Part shown: positions 41,116 through 51,763 of the stretch, in pieces | How positions within the stretch are numbered: position 1 is the first letter of the stretch | Layout: every line of letters begins with the position of its first letter | NCBI GenBank assembly: GCA_963664325.2 | Contig: CAXXDQ010000005.1 | Span: 159,277 to 223,276 of the forward strand | Source: Desulfomonilia bacterium | Lineage (GTDB): Bacteria > Desulfobacterota > Desulfomonilia > UBA1062 | DNA: 64,000 nt | Direction of reading: 5' to 3' | Notes under the pieces: generated by a model | Told to the model about the DNA's origin: nothing | The model's input: only the letters and a program-made list of their open reading frames with translations | Database searches by the model: none | Translations under genes and position numbers: made by a program

Positions 41116-41239
41116 TTCCGTTTTGCATTCAGGATTATACCGAGGCGGCAAGGAGGATGCGACGCAGGCGTACTTCTAACGTACGTCGAGGAACATTCCG
41201 ACGCGGCCAACAAAGGTAGGACCTGAATGCGAAACGGAA
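41116..41239. mobile_element. MITE-like element, full-length copy
   Basis: TTCCGTTTTGCATTCAGG ... CCTGAATGCGAAACGGAA (17/18); shares TCGAGGAxCATTCCGACGCGGCCxACAAAGG with the 13715 copy. Confidence 0.75.
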
Positions 41240-41242
41240 ATT

Positions 41243-42628
41243 CTACCATTTGCCGCATTTTCTCTCCGGCGCCTTCGGAAGCCCTTCAAGCGATTTGAGG
41301 GACTTCGCCATGTCATCTTCGGGAAGCGGGTAATCCATAAGCCTGCCGCTCATGTAGTTGTCATACCCTACAAGGTCCATAAGCCCGTGGCCGCTCCAGT
41401 TGAAGAGGATGACCTTTTCCTTGCCTTCTTCGCGCGCCTTGACGGCCTCCTGGACGACCGCCGCGATTGCGTGGCTGGTTTCGGGCGCAGGGATAAAGCC
41501 CTCCGTGCGGGCCCACATGACTGCGGACTCATAGCAGTGGAGCTGATCGATTGCGATAGGCCTTATGAGCCCCTCGACCGCGGCCTGACTTACCAGGGGG
41601 GACATGCCGTGGTACCTCAGTCCGCCGGCATGTATCGGGGGCGAAACGAATTCATGGCCCAGGGAGTGCATCGGCAGCAGCGGCGTCATCTTCGCTACAT
41701 CGCCGTGATCATAGGCAAACGGCGCCCTTGTCATTGTCGGGCAGGAACTCGGTTCGACAGGGATGATGTCGATGTCCGCTCCGTTAATCTTGTCCAGCAC
41801 GAAGGGGAATGAAAGCCCGGCGAAATTGCTGCCCCCGCCGACGCAGCCTATGACGACATCGACTTTGTTCTCGTTTATCTTGGCCAGCTGTTTCTTGGCC
41901 TCGAGCCCGATGATGGTCTGATGCAGCATTACATGGTTGAGGACGCTTCCGAGCGTGTAGCGCGTTCTCCCGGTCGGGTCCGTGACCGCCTCTTCGATCG
42001 CTTCGCTGATGGCTATGCCGAGCGAACCCGGGGTATTCGGGTCTTTTGCAAGGACATCGCGGCCTGCCTGTGTCTGCGTGCTAGGACTGGCTATGCATTC
42101 GCCGCCCCAGACCTGCATCATGAGCTTTCTGAAAGGTTTCTGGTCAAAGCTGATGCGCACCATGTAAACCTTGCATTTAAGCCCTATCAGGGAACATGCA
42201 AAAGAGAGAGCGCTTCCCCACTGCCCGGCGCCTGTCTCTGTAGTAAGCTTTTCGATCCCGGACTGCTTGTTGTACCAGGCCTGTGGAACGGCGGTATTCG
42301 GCTTATGGCTGCCCGCCGGTGAAACGCCTTCGTTCTTGAAATATATCCTTGCGGGGGTCTTGAGGGCTTTTTCAAGAAATGTCGCTCTGTGAAGGGGTGA
42401 GGGTCTCCAGCGGTACAGGATTTCGAGCACTTCTTCAGGGATGTCTATCCAGCGCTGCTGGCTTACTTCCTGCTCGATAAGAGGCATGGCAAATACCGGC
42501 GCCAGCGCATCGGGCGAAACAGGGTTTCCATCGGGGCCCAGAGGCGGAAGCATGGGCGTGGGCAAATCGGCTGCCAGGTTGTACCATTGTCTTGGGATTT
42601 CATCTTCGTTTAACAGAACCTTTATCAT
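41243..42628 (-). CDS. trpB: Tryptophan synthase beta chain type 2 (TrpB2)
   Basis: [58 protein letters not shown]. Confidence 0.93.
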   Translation of the reverse strand: MIKVLLNEDEIPRQWYNLAADLPTPMLPPLGPDGNPVSPDALAPVFAMPLIEQEVSQQRWIDIPEEVLEILYRWRPSPLHRATFLEKALKTPARIYFKNEGVSPAGSHKPNTAVPQAWYNKQSGIEKLTTETGAGQWGSALSFACSLIGLKCKVYMVRISFDQKPFRKLMMQVWGGECIASPSTQTQAGRDVLAKDPNTPGSLGIAISEAIEEAVTDPTGRTRYTLGSVLNHVMLHQTIIGLEAKKQLAKINENKVDVVIGCVGGGSNFAGLSFPFVLDKINGADIDIIPVEPSSCPTMTRAPFAYDHGDVAKMTPLLPMHSLGHEFVSPPIHAGGLRYHGMSPLVSQAAVEGLIRPIAIDQLHCYESAVMWARTEGFIPAPETSHAIAAVVQEAVKAREEGKEKVILFNWSGHGLMDLVGYDNYMSGRLMDYPLPEDDMAKSLKSLEGLPKAPERKCGKW

Positions 42629-42637
42629 CGTATCCTC

Positions 42638-42937
42638 CTAGATATTTTTCCCGCCGGACTTCTTGTCGTCCAGTCGCTTTAAAATCGTTTTTATCACTGA
42701 ACCTTCCTTTTTAAGCTCACGGGAGCCCCTTGTTATCTTGCAGAGGCTGACACCCAACGCCTTTGAAATTTCCCTCTGCGGGACCCCGTCGTTCAGCATC
42801 TTTAGAAGCTCCCACCTTAATACCAGGGCGTCGATCTCTGAAGGAGTAAGCATTTCCTCCAGCAGCTTCTCCAATTGAGAGGCATCATCCATCCCGGCTA
42901 TAATTATTGACAGCTCTTTTAAATTTCTTTCTCTCAT
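42638..42937 (-). CDS. trpR: Trp repressor family protein
   Basis: LTPSEIDALVLRW..GVPQREISKALGVSLCKITRGSRELK; directly upstream of trpB2. Confidence 0.82.
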   Translation of the reverse strand: MRERNLKELSIIIAGMDDASQLEKLLEEMLTPSEIDALVLRWELLKMLNDGVPQREISKALGVSLCKITRGSRELKKEGSVIKTILKRLDDKKSGGKNI

Positions 42938-42944
42938 AACAAAA

Positions 42945-42964
42945 TGTTTCTGTATATAGAAACA
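42945..42964. promoter_or_regulatory. Palindromic operator candidate upstream of trpR-trpB2
   Basis: TGTTTCT-GTATAT-AGAAACA; TTGACA on the minus strand at 42979-42984. Confidence 0.55.
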
Positions 42965-43006
42965 CAAGCGGCAATATGTGTCAACAGCAAACTTGTGTTA
43001 TAGGAA

Positions 43007-43052
43007 CAGGAGACAGGAGTCAGGAGATAGGAGACAGTAGTCAGGAAACAGG
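43007..43052 (+). repeat. Heptamer tandem repeat (CAGGAGA-like x6)
   Basis: CAGGAGA CAGGAGT CAGGAGA TAGGAGA CAGTAGT CAGGAAA CAGG. Confidence 0.8.
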
Positions 43053-43067
43053 CAAATGCTTAGATAA

Positions 43068-43703
43068 ATGGAGGTAATCATGGAAGCGGTAAGGCTTATC
43101 AGGGAAAGGCGGTCAATCAGTTTTTTCGATAAGGATTTCGAACTGGGGGATGATAAGTTAAGGGAACTCCTCGACCTTGCCAACCTCTGTCCTTCTTCTA
43201 TGAATATACAGCCCTGGAGGGTCATAGCGGTCAGAAGTCCGGAGAGGAAGAAGGCGCTGAGGGCTGTTGCAAACAACCAGCCCAAGGCTGAAGAGGCGTC
43301 CGTTGTCCTTGTTATAATAGCCGACCCCGGACTGCTAGAAGCCAACATGGATGCGGTTTTGTCCAACAGGGTCGAACTGGGCTATATAAAGGAAGATGCC
43401 GTCGAAAGCGCAAAAAGCTCTGCGTTCAGGCTTTACAGCGATAAGGAAAGCGTCCGGAGGAAGATATTTGCGGTAAAGAACTCATCGCTCTTTGCCATGA
43501 GCGTCATGTTCGCCGCAAAGGCGCTCGGCCTTGAAAGCCATCCCATGGACGGTTTTGACGAGGACAGGCTGAAAAAGGAATTCGGCATCAGTGAAAACTG
43601 CATCGTGCCCATGCTGATCGCCGTGGGGCAGGTTAAACCCGGCGTGAAGCTTCTGCCGAGGGCCATGCGCAGGCCGGTTGATGAATTCGTCAGGTTTGAA
43701 TAA
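43068..43703 (+). CDS. Nitroreductase family protein
   Basis: RRSI..F, PSSMNIQPW, GLESHPMDGFD; start may be 43080. Confidence 0.9.
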   Translation: MEVIMEAVRLIRERRSISFFDKDFELGDDKLRELLDLANLCPSSMNIQPWRVIAVRSPERKKALRAVANNQPKAEEASVVLVIIADPGLLEANMDAVLSNRVELGYIKEDAVESAKSSAFRLYSDKESVRRKIFAVKNSSLFAMSVMFAAKALGLESHPMDGFDEDRLKKEFGISENCIVPMLIAVGQVKPGVKLLPRAMRRPVDEFVRFE

Positions 43704-43709
43704 AAACCC

Positions 43710-44375
43710 GTGAAGGAATTTGACCGTCTCGTGGAAATAATGGAAAGGCTCAGGGCGCCCGGCGGGTGTCCCTGGGATGCCGAACAGACTCATGAGAGCA
43801 TCGCCCGGTGCGCCGTGGAAGAGGCGTTTGAATTGCTTGATGCAATTAGTGACAGGAACCCTGAACATATAAAAGAAGAGCTGGGCGACATGCTGCTTCA
43901 GGTGGTTTTTCATGCGGTAATGGCCGGGCAGGCCGGGGATTTTACAATAGAGGACGTCATCAATGGCATCTCGGATAAGCTCATCCACAGGCACCCGCAC
44001 GTTTTCGGGGATGCGGTTGCAGTCACGCCGGATGATGTTAAACGCTCATGGGAAGAATTGAAGAAGCAGGAAAAAGGCAAGATAAAGCGCAGCCATGCGC
44101 TTGATGGAATACCTCGCGACCTGCCTTCGCTGCTTCTTGCAAGGAAGGCGGTTTCAAACCTCAGGAAAAAAGGCATGATCTCCGAGGACATATCAGAACA
44201 TATCAGGGATGTCGAAATGCAGCTCGGTCTGCTTGATACCTGCGAAACGCCTGGGGAGATAATCGCAGGTCTTTTATTTTCAATCTCCGCTATTGCTCAG
44301 GAAATGGATATCGACGCCGAAACGGCGCTCAGGAAAAAGGTTTTGTCGAAATTAGCCCGCGAGAAGATTACCTGA
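43710..44375 (+). CDS. mazG: MazG nucleoside triphosphate pyrophosphohydrolase
   Basis: LRAPGGCPWD.EQT, EEAFE, EELGD, KLIHRHPHVF. Confidence 0.9.
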   Translation: MKEFDRLVEIMERLRAPGGCPWDAEQTHESIARCAVEEAFELLDAISDRNPEHIKEELGDMLLQVVFHAVMAGQAGDFTIEDVINGISDKLIHRHPHVFGDAVAVTPDDVKRSWEELKKQEKGKIKRSHALDGIPRDLPSLLLARKAVSNLRKKGMISEDISEHIRDVEMQLGLLDTCETPGEIIAGLLFSISAIAQEMDIDAETALRKKVLSKLAREKIT

Positions 44376-44483
44376 ATATACAATATTCCGCCTGGAAAAT
44401 ATTACGATGAATAAGGCGGGCTGTTGCCGGTTTGTCTTGATATTGCCGGATACCACGGGGCTGGATGAGCGGGACAGGCTGTA

Positions 44484-44996
44484 TCAACCGGTCCGGTCCC
44501 TGTTCTGATTTTCAGCCCCGGGCTTGAGCAGCAGCTTCTCATCAATAGGTATAAACCTGGAGGCCGAGTTCATGAGGGAGGCGGCGGTCAGCCGGGGTAC
44601 GCCGAAGACCTCGAAAGCGCAGCCGTATCTGCTTATCACCTTTTGTGCCAGCAGGTCGAAATCGCCGTCACCGGAGGCCAGTACGATCACGTCAGATTTA
44701 TCAGCATATTCGATTACATCAAGCGTGATGCCTACGTCCCAGTCTCCTTTGGCGGTCCCGTCGCTTCTCTGTATGAAAGGCCTGAGCTTCACTTCGAACC
44801 CGATCCCCCTCAGGATGTTGTGGAACAGCCTGAGCTTTTCATCCTTTCCGGCAATTGCATAGGCGGCTGCCTTTACAACCTCACGGCCCCGTGCGGCCCG
44901 GGCCCAGAAGGCGTTATAGTCAAAGTGCCGGGCATACTGCTGCCTTGTGGTGTAATAGATGTTCTGTACATCGACGAAAATAGAAACCCTGTCCAT
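44484..44996 (-). CDS. NYN domain protein (LabA/DUF88)
   Basis: FVDVQN, KGDWDVGITLD, LASGDGDF. Confidence 0.9.
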   Translation of the reverse strand: MDRVSIFVDVQNIYYTTRQQYARHFDYNAFWARAARGREVVKAAAYAIAGKDEKLRLFHNILRGIGFEVKLRPFIQRSDGTAKGDWDVGITLDVIEYADKSDVIVLASGDGDFDLLAQKVISRYGCAFEVFGVPRLTAASLMNSASRFIPIDEKLLLKPGAENQNRDRTG

Positions 44997-45088
44997 GCCC
45001 CCGCCCGGATTTTATCTGATGGTATTCATCTCTACAGGGATTTGCCGGGTAATTAAACATTTAAATCATTGAGGGAATTAAATTCATG

Positions 45089-45133
45089 TTGACAGACGGC
45101 ATCCGGCAGTATACTATCTAGACAGACTAGACA
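45089..45133 (+). promoter_or_regulatory. Sigma70 promoter and repeated operator of the TA operon
   Basis: TTGACA-N17-TACTAT followed by CTAGACAG twice. Confidence 0.7.
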
Positions 45134-45144
45134 GGAGGATGTAA

Positions 45145-45399
45145 ATGTCAAAAACATGGCAGCTTCAGGATGCGAAAAACAAGTTCAGCGAAGTTGTGGA
45201 AGACGCCCTCAAGGGCGAGCCTCAGATAATCACCAGAAGGGGGCTTGAAACGGCAGTCGTGCTTTCATATGAGGATTTCAAGTCCATGAAGGTATGCTGC
45301 CACAATCTTTCCCATTTTTTTCAGAAATCGCCGCTTGCAGCCGTAAAGCTTGATGTCAAGCGCAAAGCAGGCCCTTCAAGGGAGCGCCTGAATATATGA
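45145..45399 (+). CDS. Phd/YefM antitoxin
   Basis: WQLQDAKNKFSEVV..GEPQIITRRG. Confidence 0.9.
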   Translation: MSKTWQLQDAKNKFSEVVEDALKGEPQIITRRGLETAVVLSYEDFKSMKVCCHNLSHFFQKSPLAAVKLDVKRKAGPSRERLNI

Positions 45400-45824
45400 A
45401 ATACCTGCTCGATACCGATGTAATCCTGGAGCTTGTTTCAAAGAATGCCGACCCGGGAGTTCTCAATTGGATTGACGGCAATGAGCCCGAAAATATTTTT
45501 TTGAGTTCTATAACAATCGGCGAGCTGTGCAAGGGTGTTGAAGGGCTTCCCGAATCAAAGAAAAAGGACGCCCTTGTTCAGTGGCTTAACAACGACCTTC
45601 TGCTGCGGTTCGGCAGCAGGGTACTGGTCCCCGATGCCGGGGTGATGCTCACGTGGGGTGGACTGGCCGCGTCCCTGGAACGGAAAGGGAAGGCCCTTCC
45701 GGTGGCCGACTCAATCATTGCTGCGCTGGCCCTGCATCACAAATGCGTCCTTGTCACAAAAAATGAGGAAGTTTTCAATGGAACAGGCATAACTGTATAT
45801 AACCCCTGGAAAGGAAATAAATAA
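45396..45824 (+). CDS. vapC: VapC PIN-domain toxin
   Basis: YLLDTDVILE, TIGE, DSIIAA..LVTKN..F, NPW. Confidence 0.85.
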   Translation: MKYLLDTDVILELVSKNADPGVLNWIDGNEPENIFLSSITIGELCKGVEGLPESKKKDALVQWLNNDLLLRFGSRVLVPDAGVMLTWGGLAASLERKGKALPVADSIIAALALHHKCVLVTKNEEVFNGTGITVYNPWKGNK

Positions 45825-46789
45825 TGCATACCGACCACATCCACCTCTGGCAGCATGAGCATGATTTCAATGCAGGCAAGGAATCATCCGAGAAAAAGAC
45901 CTTTATTGTCGTAATAATAACCCTTCTCACCATGACCGCCGAGATATTCTTCGGCTGGCTTAGTAATTCAATGGCTCTGCTGGCGGACGGCTGGCACATG
46001 GGCACTCATGCGATAGCGCTCGGGATATCCCTGGCGGCTTATATGCTCGCGCGCAGACATGCCCGGAACTCGGGGTTCGCCTTCGGGACCTGGAAGATAG
46101 AAATACTCGGCGCCTACACAAGCGCCATCGTGCTCAGCGTTGCAGGCCTGGCCATGATTCTCATGTCGGTTGAAAGGCTGATCAAGCCGCTTGATATAAG
46201 GTATAACGAGGCCCTGACCGTCGCCGTGCTCGGTCTGGCAGTAAACCTTATCTGTGCATTCATCCTGGGGGCAGGACATGACCACGGCCATGTTCACGGT
46301 CATGATGAAGATGACCATGACCATGATGAAACGCATCAGCATGACATGGATCTGAACCTCAAAAGCGCCTACCTGCATGTCGTCGCGGATGCCCTCACAT
46401 CCATACTTGCAATTGCTGCACTGCTCGGCGCCAAATACCTTGAATTCAAATGGCTGGACCCGTCAATGGGGATACTGGGCGCCGTGCTCATACTCAGGTG
46501 GGCCGTCCTGCTGCTCAGGGATACTTCCAGGATACTGCTCGACTGGCAGGGTGATCTGACCGTAACAAAGAAGATCCGGGAGGTCATCGAAAAAGACGGT
46601 GGTTCGGAAATCAGCGACCTTCATGTCTGGCAGGTGTCGCAGGGCAGCTTTGCATGCATTGTCTCGATAATCACGAGCTCTAACAGGTCTTACAGCCATT
46701 ACAAGAAGCTCCTTGATACCGTTCCGGGGCTCGCCCACGTCACAGTGGAAGTCCTCTCCTGCAGCCCGGAAAAGCCATGCACTGCGTAA
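45824..46789 (+). CDS. dmeF: CDF family Co/Ni efflux transporter (DmeF-like)
   Basis: SMALLADGWHMGTH, His-rich loop, AYLHVVADALTS, DLHVW. Confidence 0.85.
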   Translation: MHTDHIHLWQHEHDFNAGKESSEKKTFIVVIITLLTMTAEIFFGWLSNSMALLADGWHMGTHAIALGISLAAYMLARRHARNSGFAFGTWKIEILGAYTSAIVLSVAGLAMILMSVERLIKPLDIRYNEALTVAVLGLAVNLICAFILGAGHDHGHVHGHDEDDHDHDETHQHDMDLNLKSAYLHVVADALTSILAIAALLGAKYLEFKWLDPSMGILGAVLILRWAVLLLRDTSRILLDWQGDLTVTKKIREVIEKDGGSEISDLHVWQVSQGSFACIVSIITSSNRSYSHYKKLLDTVPGLAHVTVEVLSCSPEKPCTA

Positions 46790-46810
46790 TAATGAAAGGA
46801 AGGTGTTCGT

Positions 46811-47686
46811 ATGAATAATCCTGAATTCTATATCGTCGATGTGTTTGCCGAAAGGAAATACGAAGGAAATCAGCTCGCCGTATTTAGCGATGCGTCTGAT
46901 TTTTCATCCCGGATGATGCAGGGCATAGCCCGTGAAATGAACTTCTCGGAGACCACTTTCATCCTCTCAGGGAAGGAGAACGACGGCGGTTATGATGTGC
47001 GCATATTTACACCTTTTGAAGAGGTGCCGTTTGCCGGGCACCCGGTCCTTGGTACCGCACATGTTATCCGCACCGGGATATTGAAGACACCATGTGAAGG
47101 GCTCTGCCTGAACCTGAAAGCGGGAAAGATCCCGGTGACTTTCGAAGAGAACGGCATGTCATGGATGAAGCAGCTCGAACCCGAATTCGGAAGCACGCTC
47201 GATGCCGGAGAAATCGCCGGTGTCCTGGGCCTGGGAGATTCCGATGTGGACGGGCGCTTCCCGGCTGAAGAAGTCTCGACCGGCCTGCCTTTTATAATTG
47301 TGCCGTTAAGGACAATTGACGCGCTCAAGCGCGCCCGCATCAACCGTGAAAAGCTGAGCAGACTCATTGAGAAAACGAAGGCGAAGATGGTTTTCATCTT
47401 CTGTCCGGAAACGCATGAGCCTGGCAATCATGTGAGCTGCCGGATGTTCGGCGACGATTTCGGCATAACCGAAGACCCTGCGACCGGAAGCGCGAACGGC
47501 TGCCTGGCAGGTTACCTGGTCAGGCACGGTTATTTCGGCGGGAAGGAATTATGTATCCGAAGTGAACAGGGCTACGAGATCGGGAGGCCGTCACTCCTTT
47601 ATCTCAAGGCCTCGGAGAAAGAAGGGAAAATCGCGATCCTTGTAGGCGGAAAGTCGATCATCGTGGCAAAGGGTGAATTCGTCTGA
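46811..47686 (+). CDS. PhzF family epimerase/isomerase
   Basis: VDVF..GNQLAV, NFSETTF, EVPFAGHP, EDPATGSANG. Confidence 0.9.
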   Translation: MNNPEFYIVDVFAERKYEGNQLAVFSDASDFSSRMMQGIAREMNFSETTFILSGKENDGGYDVRIFTPFEEVPFAGHPVLGTAHVIRTGILKTPCEGLCLNLKAGKIPVTFEENGMSWMKQLEPEFGSTLDAGEIAGVLGLGDSDVDGRFPAEEVSTGLPFIIVPLRTIDALKRARINREKLSRLIEKTKAKMVFIFCPETHEPGNHVSCRMFGDDFGITEDPATGSANGCLAGYLVRHGYFGGKELCIRSEQGYEIGRPSLLYLKASEKEGKIAILVGGKSIIVAKGEFV

Positions 47687-47703
47687 AAAACTTTTTTCTT
47701 CAG

Positions 47704-48450
47704 TCAGCCTGCGCCTGCGTCCACCGACCGGGCAGACCTGTACTGCTTTAGAACCAGATAACCGCCCCAGGCGCATGCAATGAGCATGATAAGGCATCCG
47801 GTTCCCCATATGATCCAGGCGACTGTATGGCCGTATTCGAGCAGACCGAGGGCGCTTAGAATATATTCCCAGTCATGCGGCCCTTCCTTGCCTGTGTGCC
47901 CGCCAAGCAGGATGAGGTTAAGGTCAGGTGCGTCGTAGACATAAGGGGCTATGTCGATGAAGTTTTCTCCAAACCACCAGAATGTGGCCGTGGCGGCAAA
48001 TGAATCCTGTCTCCACAGGATGAAATATACGGTGAATACCATCGGGATTATAAGCTGAAGCATCGTTCCGCCCAGGACCGTGATGAATTCTCCGAGAAAA
48101 CCGAACAGCAGATGGCCCGCCTCGTGGAAAACCAGGTTGATTGCATGCATTGTATTCAGCAGAAAAGAGGTTTCGCTCTGGGGGTCGGAGACCGGGATGA
48201 GCGCCAGCCTTGCCCCGAGTATAAAAAGGCCTGCGATAAAGGTTATCCTGAACATCATGAAGCCTGAAGGAGTTTTAGAAATGCCGGCGACAATGGCCGG
48301 AACCAGGGTTATTGGATGGCGGGGCTCTTTCAGGGGTTTCCTGTCTGCAGGGAGCTTTTCCCTGGGTTTATATTTGGCGAATATCATGCCGCAGCCGGAA
48401 CATTCCGCAGGACCGTCAGCCTGTTCGATTCCGCAATTGGGGCAAATCAT
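47704..48450 (-). CDS. Zinc-ribbon membrane protein with HExxH (M50-like metallopeptidase)
   Basis: CPNCG..CSGCG, FHEAGH, HDW. Confidence 0.7.
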   Translation of the reverse strand: MICPNCGIEQADGPAECSGCGMIFAKYKPREKLPADRKPLKEPRHPITLVPAIVAGISKTPSGFMMFRITFIAGLFILGARLALIPVSDPQSETSFLLNTMHAINLVFHEAGHLLFGFLGEFITVLGGTMLQLIIPMVFTVYFILWRQDSFAATATFWWFGENFIDIAPYVYDAPDLNLILLGGHTGKEGPHDWEYILSALGLLEYGHTVAWIIWGTGCLIMLIACAWGGYLVLKQYRSARSVDAGAG

Positions 48451-48578
48451 ATCCTGATCCTGCCTGCCATATATTTTTTATACCTGCCGTACATATAACC
48501 TTTCTGACATTTTTTACCAGGGTATCTTCAAAGTCTATTGTATTTTATTAAATAACCGATAAGTACTTAGGCAGATAA

Positions 48579-51500
48579 ATGAAAAAGGAAAAGACCCTTT
48601 CCCAGAACCCGGATTTATTCAGGAGGCTTGCTGAAAACGCAGGCGGGATACTTTTCCATATGACCCTGCCTGACGGGAAATATGAGTATATAAGCCCTGC
48701 CTGCTTCGAAATATCCGGATATGAGCCGAAAGAATTTTATGACAATCCCATGCTTACCCTAACGCTTGTACATCCTGAATGGCATGCTTTCTTTACACAG
48801 AATTGGGAAGGCCTTCTGAAGGGTAAAATAAAACCGTTTTATGAGTATAAGATAATCAACAGATCGGGGCAGGAAAAATGGGTCTACCAAAAGAATGTCC
48901 TAATTTGTGACGATAAAGGCAAACCGGCCGCAGTTGAAGGAATCATCACTGACATCACGGAAACAAAGGTTATCGAACAAAGACTCAGGGAAACGGAAGA
49001 GAGATACCGCCTGATTACCGAGAACATGAATGAAACGCTGTGGCTGATGGATATTAGTTTCACGACCACTTATATCAGCCCGTCGGTGGTGCGGACGCGC
49101 GGGTATTCACTTGAAGAACTGAAGGCAATGCCTATGGAGGAACAGCTGACGCCCGAGTCTTCTTTAGTCGCCATAACCACCCTGGCCGAAGAGCTGACCC
49201 CTGAACGTTTGGCTGATAAAAATTGTGAGATCTCCCGCCGGATGGAGCTTGAGTTTTACCGTAAGGACGGTGATACATTCTGGACGGATATCTGCATGAC
49301 GCTTTTAAGGGATTTGGAAGGCAACCCGAGTGGATTCCTAGGAGTCGGGCGGGACATCACCGAGAATAAAAAAGCGGAAAAGGCACTGAAAAGGAGCGAG
49401 GAAAAATACCGGAATATCTTTGACAACGCAATACTGGGTATTTACCGCTCCACGCCTGAAGGCACCTATGAGGAGGTGAATCAGGCTTTTGTAGACATGG
49501 TAGGGTACAGCTCTCCTGACGAGATGATGAAATCCATAACAGACATTCAGCAGCAGCTCTATGTAAACCCTGAAGACTTTGCAAAAATCAAACATATTCT
49601 TGACAAGATCGGTTATGTAAGGGGTTTTGAAGCTGAACTTTACTACAAAAACGGGCAACATGTCTTCGTAAGCATCAATGCAAAGTCGGTTCGCGGTGAA
49701 AACGGCGAAATAATCTATCATGAAGGCACAGTCGAAGACATTACCGAGCGCAAGCAGATCGAAAAGGCGTTTAAAGAGAGCGAGAAAAGGCTGACGGAGG
49801 TGCTTGAAAATTCACAGGATGCGGTCTACCGTCGCAGCTTTAAGAATGATGCGTTCGAATATATGAGCCCTGCTTCGATGCGGATCTTTGGTTTCACGCA
49901 GGAAGAGATGATGGCGATGTCGCTGGAAGACACCTTGAGCCACTTTCACCCCGATGATGCAGGCAGGGTCAAACAGATTCTCGATACTGCCAGAGTATCC
50001 GGAGGGGGGCCTTACTCGGTTGAATACCGCTTCAAGACCAAACTCGGAGACTATAAATGGCTGGCCGACAAATTCACTGTAACCAAAGATGATCAAGGCG
50101 TGCCCTTGTACAGATTCGGAAATGTCCGTGACATCACCGAACAGAAACAGGTGGAAGAGACATTGCAAAACAGCGAGCAGCGTTATAAGCAGCTGGTAAA
50201 CTTGTCCCCTGACGGCATAATAGTCCAAAAGGACGGCATAATTCTTTTCGGCAATCCCGAGGCTGAAAAGATTTTCGGGATTACGAAATCTGACGAATAC
50301 ATCGGAAAGAACCTGTTTGAGTTCCTGCACCCGGACTTCCATGAAAAATCAATCAAGCGCAAAAAGCTGTTGAATGAAGGCAAAGAGGTGCCGCCCTTTG
50401 AGGTGAAGTGCTTTGACTTGAAAGGAAACATAATAGATGTTGAGGTCACTCTGGGCCGGATAGATTTCCAGGGTGAGGCGGCAGATTTGAATATTATTCG
50501 CGACATCACCAGCCGCAAAAAGGCGCTGGAAGAAAAGCTTGCTTTGGAAAAACAGCTTCAGCAGGCGCAGAAGCTTGAAAGCATCGGTGTCCTGGCAGGC
50601 GGCATAGCCCATGATTTCAATAACATGCTCACAGTCATCATAGGTAATGCCGATCTGGCGATGATGGAGCTTTCCGAGCTTTCCCCTGCAGTTCCTAGGC
50701 TTAAGAACATAAACAAGGTCTCACTCAGCGCCGCAAACCTTTGCAAGCAGATGCTTGCATATTCCGGCAAGGGCCGTTTCATGATGATGCCGCTCAACCT
50801 GACTGAAGTTATCTGTGAGATGAAGACCATTCTCGGGGCATCTGTTTCAAAAAAAGTCAAGCTTAACTACAATCTTCTGGATGATTCTCCTTCCATTGAA
50901 GCCGATCTGACGCAACTCCAGCAGGTCATCATGAACCTTGTGATAAATGCAAGCGAGGCCATCGGAGATGCTCAGGGAATAGTGAACGTAAGAACCGGAG
51001 TTATAGAATGCGACAGGAATTATCTGAAGGCCATGCGGCTGTTCAATGACATTGCTGAAGGGGCTTATGTCTGCCTGGAAGTATCCGACAGCGGGTGCGG
51101 AATGGACAGCGAAACTATGGAAAAAATATTCGAACCGTTTTTCACAACCAAATTTTCAGGAAGGGGACTGGGCCTTGCGGCTGTTATAGGGATTGTCCGC
51201 AGCCACAATGGATCTCTCAAGGTCTACAGTGAACCTGGTAAAGGCACTACTTTCAAGGTTTTGTTCCCTGTCGTGGAAATGCAGGCCCAGGCAATCTCAT
51301 CAAAGAAGAAGGCGACTGCATTTAAAGGCAGCGGAACTGTTCTGCTGGTCGACGATGAAGAAGGCATAAGAGACTTCGGATCACAGGTACTGGGCAAGAT
51401 TGGTTTTGATGTTCTGACTGCAGCTGACGGGCTTGAAGCGCTCGAACTGTTCTGTGAACACAAATGGGAGATTAAATGCGTAATCCTAGACCTGGCCATG

Positions 51501-51692
51501 CCGAGAATGGGAGGGGAGGATACTTTCCGGGAACTGCTTGAGATTGACCCCGATGTAAAAGTGATAATGACCAGCGGCTATAACGAAATTGAAGTGATGA
51601 GCAAGTTCAGGGGGAAAGGCCTTGCAGGCTTTATCCAGAAGCCTTACCAGATCGAGAATATGAAAGAGGAACTCAAAAAGGTTCTTGGCTGA
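48579..51692 (+). CDS. Multi-PAS hybrid sensor histidine kinase
   Basis: About five PAS/PAC repeats, [28 protein letters not shown] domain. Confidence 0.92.
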   Translation: MKKEKTLSQNPDLFRRLAENAGGILFHMTLPDGKYEYISPACFEISGYEPKEFYDNPMLTLTLVHPEWHAFFTQNWEGLLKGKIKPFYEYKIINRSGQEKWVYQKNVLICDDKGKPAAVEGIITDITETKVIEQRLRETEERYRLITENMNETLWLMDISFTTTYISPSVVRTRGYSLEELKAMPMEEQLTPESSLVAITTLAEELTPERLADKNCEISRRMELEFYRKDGDTFWTDICMTLLRDLEGNPSGFLGVGRDITENKKAEKALKRSEEKYRNIFDNAILGIYRSTPEGTYEEVNQAFVDMVGYSSPDEMMKSITDIQQQLYVNPEDFAKIKHILDKIGYVRGFEAELYYKNGQHVFVSINAKSVRGENGEIIYHEGTVEDITERKQIEKAFKESEKRLTEVLENSQDAVYRRSFKNDAFEYMSPASMRIFGFTQEEMMAMSLEDTLSHFHPDDAGRVKQILDTARVSGGGPYSVEYRFKTKLGDYKWLADKFTVTKDDQGVPLYRFGNVRDITEQKQVEETLQNSEQRYKQLVNLSPDGIIVQKDGIILFGNPEAEKIFGITKSDEYIGKNLFEFLHPDFHEKSIKRKKLLNEGKEVPPFEVKCFDLKGNIIDVEVTLGRIDFQGEAADLNIIRDITSRKKALEEKLALEKQLQQAQKLESIGVLAGGIAHDFNNMLTVIIGNADLAMMELSELSPAVPRLKNINKVSLSAANLCKQMLAYSGKGRFMMMPLNLTEVICEMKTILGASVSKKVKLNYNLLDDSPSIEADLTQLQQVIMNLVINASEAIGDAQGIVNVRTGVIECDRNYLKAMRLFNDIAEGAYVCLEVSDSGCGMDSETMEKIFEPFFTTKFSGRGLGLAAVIGIVRSHNGSLKVYSEPGKGTTFKVLFPVVEMQAQAISSKKKATAFKGSGTVLLVDDEEGIRDFGSQVLGKIGFDVLTAADGLEALELFCEHKWEIKCVILDLAMPRMGGEDTFRELLEIDPDVKVIMTSGYNEIEVMSKFRGKGLAGFIQKPYQIENMKEELKKVLG

Positions 51693-51763
51693 CAACTTGT
51701 ATCAACTGCAGCATGTTTTTAAAAAGGTCGAATGCGGATTACAAATCAAGAAACTCGGATGTG

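Noticed and set aside
46275-46345. CATGA-rich repeats
   Set aside because: They encode the ordinary His-rich loop of DmeF-type CDF transporters.
46811-47686. Phenazine biosynthesis
   Set aside because: A lone PhzF-family gene without other phz genes is common.
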